Shown here: one piece after another, positions 9,194 to 16,710 of the stretch
Layout of the letters: each line of letters opens with the position of its first letter
Numbering within the stretch: the first letter of the stretch is position 1
Assembly (NCBI GenBank): GCA_046075565.1
Contig: JBJTQJ010000085.1
Coordinates: 11,689-35,688, forward strand
From: Verrucomicrobiales bacterium
GTDB lineage: Bacteria; Verrucomicrobiota; Verrucomicrobiia; Verrucomicrobiales; SLCJ01
Direction of reading: 5' to 3'
Length of the DNA: 24,000 nucleotides
Made by a program: the position numbers and the translations under genes
The notes under the pieces: generated by a model
What the model was told of the DNA's origin: nothing
The model's input: only the letters and a program-made list of their open reading frames with translations
The model's database searches: none

Positions 9194-9665
9194 AGTCGTT
9201 TGCAATACCTCGCCACTTCAGTATATGCACCAGATAGCCCTTCTGGAGAAACTACCGCAGATCTACGGGAGGATTCTTGTTCCGCAGGCGGTTGAGCACG
9301 AGATCCGCGCAGGGAGACAGGCCGGAGTGAATCTGCCGGATCTCGCATCGCTCGATTGGCTTGAGGTCCGCGAGGTGGCTCCGACATCATGGCCTGTGCC
9401 ACGCGATATCCACCGGGGCGAGTCGGAGGTCATTGCCTTGGCTCGATTGAGTGGGAATGCAAAACTCATACTTGATGATCTTGCCGCCCGCAGGCATGCG
9501 AAACTTCTCGGACTCAAGGTGACGGGCACTCTCTGGGTCTTGCTGAAAGCAAAGGAGAAAGGCTTCATCGATCAATTACGACCGCATGTCGAATCGTTGG
9601 TTTTGGCGGGCTTCAGGCTGGCGGATTCAACGCGGGATGATTTTTTCCGGATGGCGGGCGAATGA
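9186..9665 (+). CDS. DUF3368-type PIN-like nuclease (putative toxin partner of UPF0175)
   Basis: ORF 9132..9665 trimmed to MPEVVCNTSPLQYMHQIALLEKLPQIYGRILVPQAVEHEI. The N-terminal (V/I)xNTSPL and later GESEVIALA motifs are as in DUF3368 PIN-like proteins. UPF0175/DUF3368 is a recurring two-gene arrangement. Confidence 0.7.
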   Translation: MPEVVCNTSPLQYMHQIALLEKLPQIYGRILVPQAVEHEIRAGRQAGVNLPDLASLDWLEVREVAPTSWPVPRDIHRGESEVIALARLSGNAKLILDDLAARRHAKLLGLKVTGTLWVLLKAKEKGFIDQLRPHVESLVLAGFRLADSTRDDFFRMAGE

Positions 9666-9736
9666 TTGCCTTCTTCCGTGCACCCCGCTTTCGCAGGATG
9701 CACGGAAACTATTCCCCCTCATCCCGCCAGATTGTG

Positions 9737-9771
9737 CCTGCTCGCCAGGGTGGGGGTGTGAGTTTTGCCGG
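9737..9771 (+). repeat. direct repeat copy 2 (non-coding duplicate of the pyk 3' end)
   Basis: cctgctcgccagggtgggggtgtgagttttgccgg. See copy 1 at 8731-8764. The two copies bracket the ~1-kb TA cassette. Confidence 0.8.
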
Positions 9772-9909
9772 GGGATACTTTGGCGGCGGACCGTTATGTC
9801 AAAAGTCATGCCACCGGTGTTGGTTCGATTGGCTCCGTGTGCAAGGATGAAGTGCCCAGGCCACGCAAGTCCAAACGATTGAATTCTCGCCCGCCAGCTT
9901 GAAAAAAGC

Positions 9910-9985
9910 TGGCGAGCCCTACGGGACTCGAACCCGTGTTCTCGCCGTGAAAGGGCGATGTCCTAGACCGCTAGACGAAGGGCTC
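9910..9985 (-). tRNA. tRNA-Glu (anticodon UUC), CCA encoded
   Basis: The minus strand reads GAGCCCTTCGTCTAGCGGTCTAGGACATCGCCCTTTCACGGCGAGAACACGGGTTCGAGTCCCGTAGGGCTCGCCA (76 nt). Acceptor GAGCCCT/AGGGCTC, anticodon stem TCGCC/GGCGA with loop CUUUCAC, T-arm ACGGG-TTCGAGT-CCCGT. Layout is close to E. coli tRNA-Glu. Confidence 0.95.
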
Positions 9986-10078
9986 CCTGGATTTCCGGCG
10001 GACCGGAACGGGATGTAGAAGATAGATGGGGAAGCAAGTCGATGCAAGAGATTTCTGTGGGGAATTTGAGGGCAGGAC

Positions 10079-11431
10079 TCATTTCCCGATGCAGAATCGC
10101 CCGAAGATCGCCCCGAGGATTTCTTCGGCGTCGGCGCGCCCGGTGATGTCGCCGACGGCATGCAAGGCGGCGCGGAGTTCCTCGGCGGTGATTTCCGGAG
10201 GGGCGGATTCGCTGAGGCGGGCGCGGCCTTCCGCGAGGGCGGTCGCGGCTTGCCGCAGGCAATGCTGGTGTCGGGCATTGATGGCCACGAGGGCAGCTCC
10301 GCTTTCCCCGGCTTCAAGATGGACTTCTTCTTTCAACGCGGTCACGAGGGCCTCGATGCCTTCGCCGGTGGCGCAAGAGACAGGAATCGCTCCGGGCACA
10401 TTCGCCCACCCGGGGTGCGCGGGCTGATCGGATTTGTTGAGTACGACCCGGTGGTGGGCGAGGGAAGAGGGGACTTCGACGCGGCCGGTTTCCGACGGCG
10501 GGCGGGTGGCATCGATCACTTCGAGGAGGAAATCGGCCTCACGGAGCGCGGCACGGGTGCGTTCGATGCCGAGTTCCTCGATGCCATCTCCGGACTCGCG
10601 CAGCCCGGCGGTGTCGATCAAACGCACGGGCACGCCTCCCAAATCGAGGGTTTCCTCGACGGTATCGCGCGTCGTGCCCGCTTCCGGACTGACGATGGCG
10701 CGATCGAAACCGAGCAGGCGGTTGAGCAGGCTGGATTTGCCGGCATTCGGTTGGCCCGCGATGACGAGGCGGAGTCCCTGCCGGAGGATGCGTCCGCGTT
10801 CGGCGGTGTCTAACAGACGCGAGCAGTCATCGAGTGTGGCATCGATGCGGGCGAGCATGGCCGCACCGGTGTCGGGGTCGATGTCCTCGTCGGGAAAATC
10901 GATGTAGGCTTCGACGTGGGCGAGCAGTCCGATGAGATTTTCGCGCAGGGCGCGGGTCGCTTCGGAAATGCCACCGGCGAGCTGGCCTTGGGCGGCGCGG
11001 AGGGCGAGACTGGTCTGGGCGGTGATGACATCCATGACCGCTTCGGCTTGGGCGAGGTCGAGTTTGCCATGAAGGAAGGCGCGTTGGGTGAACTCGCCGG
11101 GTCCGGCCGGACGCGCGCCCGCTTCGAGCAGCGAATCTAACAACAGTCGTGCCACCAGAATTCCGCCGTGGCCGTGGATCTCGACGGTTTCCTCGCCGGT
11201 GAAACTGGAGGGCGAGGTGAAGCGCACGGCGAGCACATCGTCGATGGGTTCGCCGCGGGCATCAATGATGGTGCCGCGGGCAAGCACACGGGCGGGGACA
11301 TCGGAGAGTTTCCTCTTCCCTCGCCAGCGTGATTCGACGAGGGCGAGCGATCCCTCGCCGGAGACACGCAGCAGGCAGACGGCTCCGGTGCCCGGAGGTG
11401 TGGCGATGGCGGCGATGGGATCTTGGATCAT
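10079..11431 (-). CDS. mnmE: tRNA uridine-5-carboxymethylaminomethyl(34) synthesis GTPase MnmE
   Basis: ORF 10079..11773 trimmed to MIQDPIAAIATPPGTGAV (ATG = complement of 11429-11431). G-domain motifs GQPNAGKSSLLN and DTAGLRE. Invariant C-terminal FCIGK. The start overlaps the hisC stop (ATGA). Confidence 0.92.
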   Translation of the reverse strand: MIQDPIAAIATPPGTGAVCLLRVSGEGSLALVESRWRGKRKLSDVPARVLARGTIIDARGEPIDDVLAVRFTSPSSFTGEETVEIHGHGGILVARLLLDSLLEAGARPAGPGEFTQRAFLHGKLDLAQAEAVMDVITAQTSLALRAAQGQLAGGISEATRALRENLIGLLAHVEAYIDFPDEDIDPDTGAAMLARIDATLDDCSRLLDTAERGRILRQGLRLVIAGQPNAGKSSLLNRLLGFDRAIVSPEAGTTRDTVEETLDLGGVPVRLIDTAGLRESGDGIEELGIERTRAALREADFLLEVIDATRPPSETGRVEVPSSLAHHRVVLNKSDQPAHPGWANVPGAIPVSCATGEGIEALVTALKEEVHLEAGESGAALVAINARHQHCLRQAATALAEGRARLSESAPPEITAEELRAALHAVGDITGRADAEEILGAIFGRFCIGK

Positions 11432-12528
11432 TTTCCGAGCACCTCGCGCAGCACGTCGAGGCAGCGGCGGTTTTGTTCCATGGTTCCGACGGAAATGCGC
11501 ACCCATTCCGGTAATTTGTATCCGCCCATGGCGCGCACGATGATCCCGCGGGCGAGCATGTCTTTGAAGACCTTGCCGCCATCGCCGACCTTCACGAGCA
11601 CGAAATTGGCGTGGCTGGGCACGAATTCGAGGCCGAGTTCGGCAAACGAGGACTCGAGGAAAGCCCGGCCCTCGCGGTTGACCTGGCGGGTCCGTTCCTG
11701 GTGCTCGTCGTCGAGCAATCCGGCGAGCGCGCCGGCCTGCGCGACGGCATTTGCATTGAATGGCTGGCGGCATTTCTGGAGCACGTCGGCCAATTCCTTG
11801 GGAGCGAGTCCGTAACCGATGCGCACGGCGGCGAGGCCTTGGATTTTCGAGAAGGTCCGCAGGATGATGACGCGGCGTCCTTCACGCACATACTTGAGGG
11901 TGTCGGGCGGATTGTCGAGGAACTCGTGATAGGCCTCGTCGAAAACGACCACGACATGATCGGGCACTTTGTCCATGAACCGATCAATTTCGTCCTGGCC
12001 GACGAGCGTGCCGGTGGGGTTGTTCGGATTGGCGATGAAAATTTCGCGCGTCTCCGGGGTGATGGCGGCGGCCATGGCATCGAGGTCATGGATGAATCCG
12101 GGATCCGGAACCTCGATGGTCTCGGCGCCGAGCAAGGTGGCCATGAGCGTGTAAACCACAAAGGCGTGTTCGGCGGCAACGATGTTCGTGCCCGGTTTGA
12201 GAAAGGCATGACCGAGCAACTCGATGATCTCGTTCGATCCATTGCCGAGGATCACATTTTCCATGGCGAGGCCGAATTTGCCCGCGATGGCCTGCCGCAA
12301 TTTCCAACCGCCGCCATCGGGATAGATGTGGGCCTGGGTGAGGGCGTCGTGCATGGCGGCGAGCGCCTTCGGCGACGGGCCGAGCGGATTCTCGTTGGAG
12401 GCGAGTTTGATGATTGTCGCGGGGTCGAGTCCGAGTTCGCGCGCGACATCCTCAATCGGTTTGCCGGGTTCGTAGGCGACGAGGTCGCGGAGATATGGGT
12501 GGGCGAGATCCCAAAGGGTATTGGCCAT
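11428..12528 (-). CDS. hisC: histidinol-phosphate aminotransferase
   Basis: 366 aa. LASNENPLGPSP, NPNNPTG and the PLP-lysine region RTFSKIQGLAAVRIGY. Confidence 0.9.
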   Translation of the reverse strand: MANTLWDLAHPYLRDLVAYEPGKPIEDVARELGLDPATIIKLASNENPLGPSPKALAAMHDALTQAHIYPDGGGWKLRQAIAGKFGLAMENVILGNGSNEIIELLGHAFLKPGTNIVAAEHAFVVYTLMATLLGAETIEVPDPGFIHDLDAMAAAITPETREIFIANPNNPTGTLVGQDEIDRFMDKVPDHVVVVFDEAYHEFLDNPPDTLKYVREGRRVIILRTFSKIQGLAAVRIGYGLAPKELADVLQKCRQPFNANAVAQAGALAGLLDDEHQERTRQVNREGRAFLESSFAELGLEFVPSHANFVLVKVGDGGKVFKDMLARGIIVRAMGGYKLPEWVRISVGTMEQNRRCLDVLREVLGK

Positions 12529-12626
12529 AAGACGGGTAAGCTAGCCCGTCCCAGTGGTCCGCGCAAGATCGGCTCGAGTGAAGGGAGAAATGACACGTTT
12601 CCTTGACCTGCCGGACTCTTGCGTTG

Positions 12627-12729
12627 GCAGGGACGGCTGTCCCCAGCCGTCCGTGAGAATGCGAGGACGCTGAAAACGCGAACGCGTGGCGGCTTGACCC
12701 CGCGGACCGTTGGGGACAACGGTCCCTGC
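12627..12729. repeat. ~103-nt intergenic element with 26-nt hairpin-forming terminal inverted repeats (copy 1)
   Basis: Left arm gcagGGACGGCTGtcccCAGCCGTCC (12627-12652). Right arm GGACCGTTGgggaCAACGGTCCctgc (12704-12729). Each arm is itself a perfect 9-bp hairpin. The interior (gtgagaatgcgagg...gcgtggcgg...) matches the reverse complement of the interior of the 22415-22518 copy. Confidence 0.8.
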
Positions 12730-12794
12730 CTTTGTCGTTCGGACAATCCAGTCAAAGGGCGGCAGCAGCTCGCAGGCCGTTTCTCCTCTCGCTT

Positions 12795-15317
12795 TCAGTC
12801 GAACAGATCCAACTGCGGTTGGCGCGAAGCCGGTAGGCTGACGTCCGGGGGTGGCTCGGGCGCTTTTTGGGGAGCACGTTTTTTCTTCGGCTCGGCGGGT
12901 GTTTCTTCTTCGCCGCGCGGGGTCACGGAATTGCTTTCGAGATGGTTCAGGATGGTCTTGGCGCGGGTAATGATGGCTTTGGGCAGGCCGGCCAGTCGCG
13001 CGACCTGGATGCCGTAGGATCGATCCGCGGAACCTTCGACGATGCGGCGGAGGAAAATCACCCGGTCATTCCATTCGCGAACGGCCACGTTGTAATTTTT
13101 CACTCCGGAGTGCCCCCGGGCGAGGGCGGTCAGCTCGTGGTAGTGGGTGGCGAAAAGCGCGCGCGATTTCAATTCATCGTGTAAGTATTCGGCGACGGCC
13201 CATGCGATGGAAAGTCCGTCGAAGGTCGAGGTGCCGCGTCCGATCTCATCGAGAATGACCAACGAGCGATCCGTCGCGTTGTTGAGGATGAGCGCGGTCT
13301 CGTTCATCTCGACCATGAAGGTGGATTGTCCGCGCGCGAGGTCGTCGCTCGCCCCGACGCGGGTGAAGACGCGATCGACGAGGCCGATCTCGGCGGCGGC
13401 AGCAGGTAGGAATGCCCCGATCTGCGCCATGATCACGAGCAAGGCGACCTGACGGATGTAGGTGGATTTGCCGGCCATGTTCGGACCGGTGATCAGAAGC
13501 AGGCGGTTTTCACTGCCATCGAGATGGGTGTCGTTGGGAACAAACTTCTCCTGCACGAGGGTCTGGTCGAGCACGGGATGCCGGCCGTCGCGGATGGTCA
13601 GTCGCAGATCATCTGTTAGAACGGGGCGGATGTAACCAAACAGCCGGGCGGTTTCCGCGAGACCGGCCAAGGCATCGACACGGGCGAGGGCGGCGGCGGC
13701 TTTTTGCAGGGCTTCGAGATGCACGAGCACCTCGTCGCGCAACGAAAGATAGGCTTCGTATTCGAGTGCCTTGGAGCGTTCATCAGCGCCGAGGATTTTG
13801 TTTTCGATTTCCTTCAGTTCGGGCGTGATGAATCGCTCGCCACCCACGGTCGTTTGTTTGCGTGTGTAACGTTCGGGCGCGAGGTGGAGATTCGATTTCG
13901 TGATCTCGATGAAGTATCCGAACACGGCATTGTAACGCACCTTGAGAGATTTGATTCCGGTGGCGTTGATTTCCCGCTCCTGCAGGTCGGCGATCCATTG
14001 ACGGCCTTCGGTGGAGGCCCGCCGAAGCTCGTCCAGTTCGGGCAAAAAGCCGTCGCGGAAAATCCCGCCCTCGCGGAGCGCGGCCGACGGGTTTTCGTCG
14101 AGGGCATCGAGCACGCGGCGGGCGAGGGCCGAGAAGTCGGGTAGGTCGCCGAGAATCTCGTGCAGCAGCTGCGAGTCGGCCGCACCGGGCAGGGCTTCGA
14201 GATGAGAACGCAGGTCGGGCAATTGTTCGAGCGATTGGGCGAGGGCCTGCATTTCGCGGGCATTGCCGGTGCCTTGGGAAAGCCGACCGAGCACACGTTC
14301 GACATCGCGGATTCCAGCGAGCGTCTCGCGGGTTTTTTCCAGCATCCAGGGTTCGGCGAGAAAGGCGGCAATCACATCCTGGCGCGCGACGAGTGCCTCG
14401 CGATCACGCAAGGGGTGCAACAACCAATGCCGCAACAAACGGGCGCCCATCGGCGTGCTCGTGCGGTCCAGCGCGGCCAGCAACGTGTGTTTTTTTCCGG
14501 ACCGCGACTCGACCAATTCCAGATTCGCCTGCGAGGCCGCGTCGATGAGCACATGCGACTCCGGTTGGTAGGGCAGCAGCACGCGCACATGATCGACATT
14601 GCGGTGCATCGAATGGCGCAAGTAATGCAGGATGGCTCCGGCCGCGCCAATGGCCGCCGTCATGCCGCCGCATCCGAAGCCATCGAGCGAATGGACGCCG
14701 AAATGTTCGGCCAACAATTCGCGCGCGTGTTCGGGCAGGAAAGTGTAGCCGTCGCCCGGTTGCGAATGGGGCGGTTCGGGCAAACCCGCGCCATCATCAG
14801 GCACGAGTGTTTCCGCCGGTTCGATGCGTGCCAGTTCATCGAGCAGAGCCTGTTCGTCGGTGAACTCGGCGGCGCGGAATTCGCCGGTTGTCATATCGGC
14901 GTAGGCCAGCCCGAGGATGCGCCCGCTTTTCGCGATGGCCGCGAGGTAATTCGGTCGATCGTTTTCCAGCAGACGGAAATCATCGATGGTCCCGGCGGAA
15001 ACCACCTGGGAAATGCGGCGTTCGACCAGTTTGCCCGGTTTCACTTCGCCGGATTGTTCCCCAATGGCCACCCGGTGGCCGGCCTGCACCAATTTCGCGA
15101 TGTAGTTTTCCGCGGCATGGTAAGGGACACCACACATGGGCACGGAATTCCGCTTCGTGAGCGTTAGTCCCAGCACCCCCGCCGCCGTTTTCGCGTCCTC
15201 GAAAAACAACTCGTAGAAGTCCCCGAGCCGGAAAAAAAGCAACACGCCACCCGGCAGGGATTTTTTCATCCCTTGGTATTGCTTCATCATCGGTGTGAGC
15301 GTGTCGCCGCCGGACAT
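12795..15317 (-). CDS. mutS: DNA mismatch repair protein MutS
   Basis: ORF 12795..15455 trimmed to MSGGDTLTPMMKQYQGMK (ATG = complement of 15315-15317). Motifs GDFYELFFEDA, Walker A GPNMAGKST, STFMVEM, DEIGRGTST and FATHYHELT. C-terminal QPQLDLFD beta-clamp-binding motif. Confidence 0.95.
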   Translation of the reverse strand: MSGGDTLTPMMKQYQGMKKSLPGGVLLFFRLGDFYELFFEDAKTAAGVLGLTLTKRNSVPMCGVPYHAAENYIAKLVQAGHRVAIGEQSGEVKPGKLVERRISQVVSAGTIDDFRLLENDRPNYLAAIAKSGRILGLAYADMTTGEFRAAEFTDEQALLDELARIEPAETLVPDDGAGLPEPPHSQPGDGYTFLPEHARELLAEHFGVHSLDGFGCGGMTAAIGAAGAILHYLRHSMHRNVDHVRVLLPYQPESHVLIDAASQANLELVESRSGKKHTLLAALDRTSTPMGARLLRHWLLHPLRDREALVARQDVIAAFLAEPWMLEKTRETLAGIRDVERVLGRLSQGTGNAREMQALAQSLEQLPDLRSHLEALPGAADSQLLHEILGDLPDFSALARRVLDALDENPSAALREGGIFRDGFLPELDELRRASTEGRQWIADLQEREINATGIKSLKVRYNAVFGYFIEITKSNLHLAPERYTRKQTTVGGERFITPELKEIENKILGADERSKALEYEAYLSLRDEVLVHLEALQKAAAALARVDALAGLAETARLFGYIRPVLTDDLRLTIRDGRHPVLDQTLVQEKFVPNDTHLDGSENRLLLITGPNMAGKSTYIRQVALLVIMAQIGAFLPAAAAEIGLVDRVFTRVGASDDLARGQSTFMVEMNETALILNNATDRSLVILDEIGRGTSTFDGLSIAWAVAEYLHDELKSRALFATHYHELTALARGHSGVKNYNVAVREWNDRVIFLRRIVEGSADRSYGIQVARLAGLPKAIITRAKTILNHLESNSVTPRGEEETPAEPKKKRAPQKAPEPPPDVSLPASRQPQLDLFD

Positions 15318-15481
15318 GGCCGCCACGGTAAACGCCGGACGGGCCGACGGGAAAGAAATTTTTCGCCTTCCCGTTCCGGGTTCCCGCCAGGTTGGTTCTG
15401 CCGATTGCTGAAAAACGCGGATTCGGCGCCCGCAAGTTCCCGCTTCTTGCAACATGCGCCCGGATGCAGCATGTTCAAACC

Positions 15482-15676
15482 ATGCCCGAGCAAAAGCCCG
15501 CGATCACCAGTCCGCGCCGTTCTGCGTCTGCGGAGGCGGCATTGCGTGCCGAAATCCGGCGGGTTTCGAAGATGACGATCGAACAGCGCATCCGGGAAGC
15601 CCTGACCCTAGACGAGCATTTTGAGGGGCTGAGACCCGCGAAGAGCAGTCGCCGCAATGTGAGACATGGAAAATGA
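15482..15676 (+). CDS. hypothetical small protein (64 aa), possibly antitoxin-like
   Basis: ORF 15392..15676; the internal ATG at 15482 gives MPEQKPAITSPRRSASAEAALRAEIRRVSKMTIEQRIREALTLDEHFEGLRP.... No family is recognised with confidence. The stop overlaps the start of the next small ORF (ATGGAAAATGA). Confidence 0.3.
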   Translation: MPEQKPAITSPRRSASAEAALRAEIRRVSKMTIEQRIREALTLDEHFEGLRPAKSSRRNVRHGK

Positions 15677-15779
15677 TCGGCAATCTATCCTGGAGGTCGC
15701 CGAGCAGATCGGAGGGAAAGAAAATTTTGTCTCCGGCGAAACCCGCGTGAAAACTCCCGCCCGCTTGGGCCGTTACTAG
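15666..15779 (+). CDS. 37-aa ORF, possibly a truncated remnant of a larger gene (toxin-like partner?)
   Basis: MENDRQSILEVAEQIGGKENFVSGETRVKTPARLGRY*. Below the track length cutoff. The 11-nt overlap with the upstream ORF suggests former translational coupling. No family assignment is possible by eye. Confidence 0.2.
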   Translation: MENDRQSILEVAEQIGGKENFVSGETRVKTPARLGRY

Positions 15780-15784
15780 CCGAC

Positions 15785-16198
15785 ATGAAAGCGCTCACTC
15801 TTCTCGCCGCCCTCGCCGCCACCCTTCTCTTCACTCCTGCCGCCGTCCGTGCCGAAAGCAAACTGGACGAGGAAATGGGCGTGCTCAAAGATGCAATGCG
15901 CGGCCTCGGTCGTCTCGGCGAGGATTACGCCAAAGGCGAAAAACTGGCAAAGGATGCCATTGCCAGCATCGAGAAATCCAAATCCATGGTCCCGAAGGTG
16001 TTGAAGGAAATCAAGGACGAGGCCGAGCGGAAGACCCAAATGGACGAATACGTCAAACAGATGGAAGCCCTCGCCGAAGGCTTCAAAAAGGCCGAGGCCG
16101 CCTGCCAAGCCAAGGACGCCGCCAAACTCAAAGAGGCCATTGATTCTCTCACCGCCATGAAGAAAAAGGGCCACGAACAGTTCACCGAGGAAGAATGA
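15785..16198 (+). CDS. periplasmic cytochrome b562-family four-helix-bundle protein
   Basis: Signal peptide MKALTLLAALAATLLFTPAAVRA|E. The mature part aligns by eye with E. coli cytochrome b562. LDEEMGVLKDAM matches LEDNMETLNDNL (axial Met). KLKEAIDSLTAMKKKGHEQF matches [20 protein letters not shown] (axial His). Size is similar (~113 aa mature). Confidence 0.6.
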   Translation: MKALTLLAALAATLLFTPAAVRAESKLDEEMGVLKDAMRGLGRLGEDYAKGEKLAKDAIASIEKSKSMVPKVLKEIKDEAERKTQMDEYVKQMEALAEGFKKAEAACQAKDAAKLKEAIDSLTAMKKKGHEQFTEEE

Positions 16199-16356
16199 CC
16201 ATGCGCCACGCCCTGCTTCTTGCCGCCCTGTTTTTCCCGCTCCTTGCCGGCACGTCCTGTCAGAGCCTGCCGGGGAAAACCAGCGAAACTCCTCTCTGGG
16301 ACAGGCCGGGCTGGACACCCCACCCGACCCATCCAAAAAGCATGCGGGTGCATTGA
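16195..16356 (+). CDS. small putative lipoprotein/secreted peptide (53 aa)
   Basis: MTMRHALLLAALFFPLLAGTSCQSLPGKTSETPLWDRPGWTPHPTHPKSMRVH*. Signal-like N-terminus with Cys after LLAGTS (loose lipobox). ATGA overlap with the stop of the b562-like gene. Below the track cutoff. Confidence 0.35.
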   Translation: MTMRHALLLAALFFPLLAGTSCQSLPGKTSETPLWDRPGWTPHPTHPKSMRVH

Positions 16357-16401
16357 CACTTGAATCCTAGGCCTCTCACCTCGCCACGGTTTTCCCTTTT
16401 T

Positions 16402-16452
16402 TTGACATGCTCAAGCCATGAGGTAATCTTGTGATGAAATAAACCATCACAA
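16402..16452 (+). promoter_or_regulatory. sigma70-like promoter plus palindromic operator upstream of phd/vapC
   Basis: TTGACA (16402-16407), a 16-nt spacer, then TAATCT (16424-16429). Perfect inverted repeat TTGTGATG (16429-16436) / CATCACAA (16445-16452), 3 nt before the antitoxin ATG. This matches an autoregulated TA operator. Confidence 0.55.
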
Positions 16453-16455
16453 TTT

Positions 16456-16710
16456 ATGCAGACCATTACCGTCCGGGATTTGCGCTACGATTTCGCCAAG
16501 GTTGAGGCGTGGTTGGCCGATGGCCAGGAAATCGAGATCACCAAACACGGCAAACCGGTGGCACGCCTTTCGCCGCCGGGTCCGGCGAAAACGGCTCGGT
16601 TTGATCTCGAGGCCCACAAGCGGTGGATGAAGGAAACCTGGGGTGACCGCGTCTTCACGGCGGAGGAAGTCCGGGAAATGCGGGAGGCCGAGCTCGGAGA
16701 CCGCAGTTGA
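16456..16710 (+). CDS. Phd/YefM-type (prevent-host-death family) antitoxin
   Basis: MQTITVRDLRYDFAKVEAWLADGQEIEITKHGKPVARLSP has the typical Phd/YefM N-terminal fold signature. 84 aa. The stop overlaps the TTG start of the downstream PIN gene (TTGA). Confidence 0.8.
   Translation: MQTITVRDLRYDFAKVEAWLADGQEIEITKHGKPVARLSPPGPAKTARFDLEAHKRWMKETWGDRVFTAEEVREMREAELGDRS

Noticed and set aside
8756-9909. TA cassette considered as an integron gene cassette with attC
   Set aside because: The bounding repeats are direct duplicates of the pyk end, not imperfect palindromes with RYYYAAC/GTTRRRY cores. No intI or attI is nearby.
11432-11773. N-terminal extension of the MnmE ORF (564-aa version)
   Set aside because: The extension lies entirely inside hisC in another frame and is Arg/Pro-rich. 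The canonical MnmE N-terminus (MIQDPIAAIATPPG) starts at 11431, overlapping the hisC stop.
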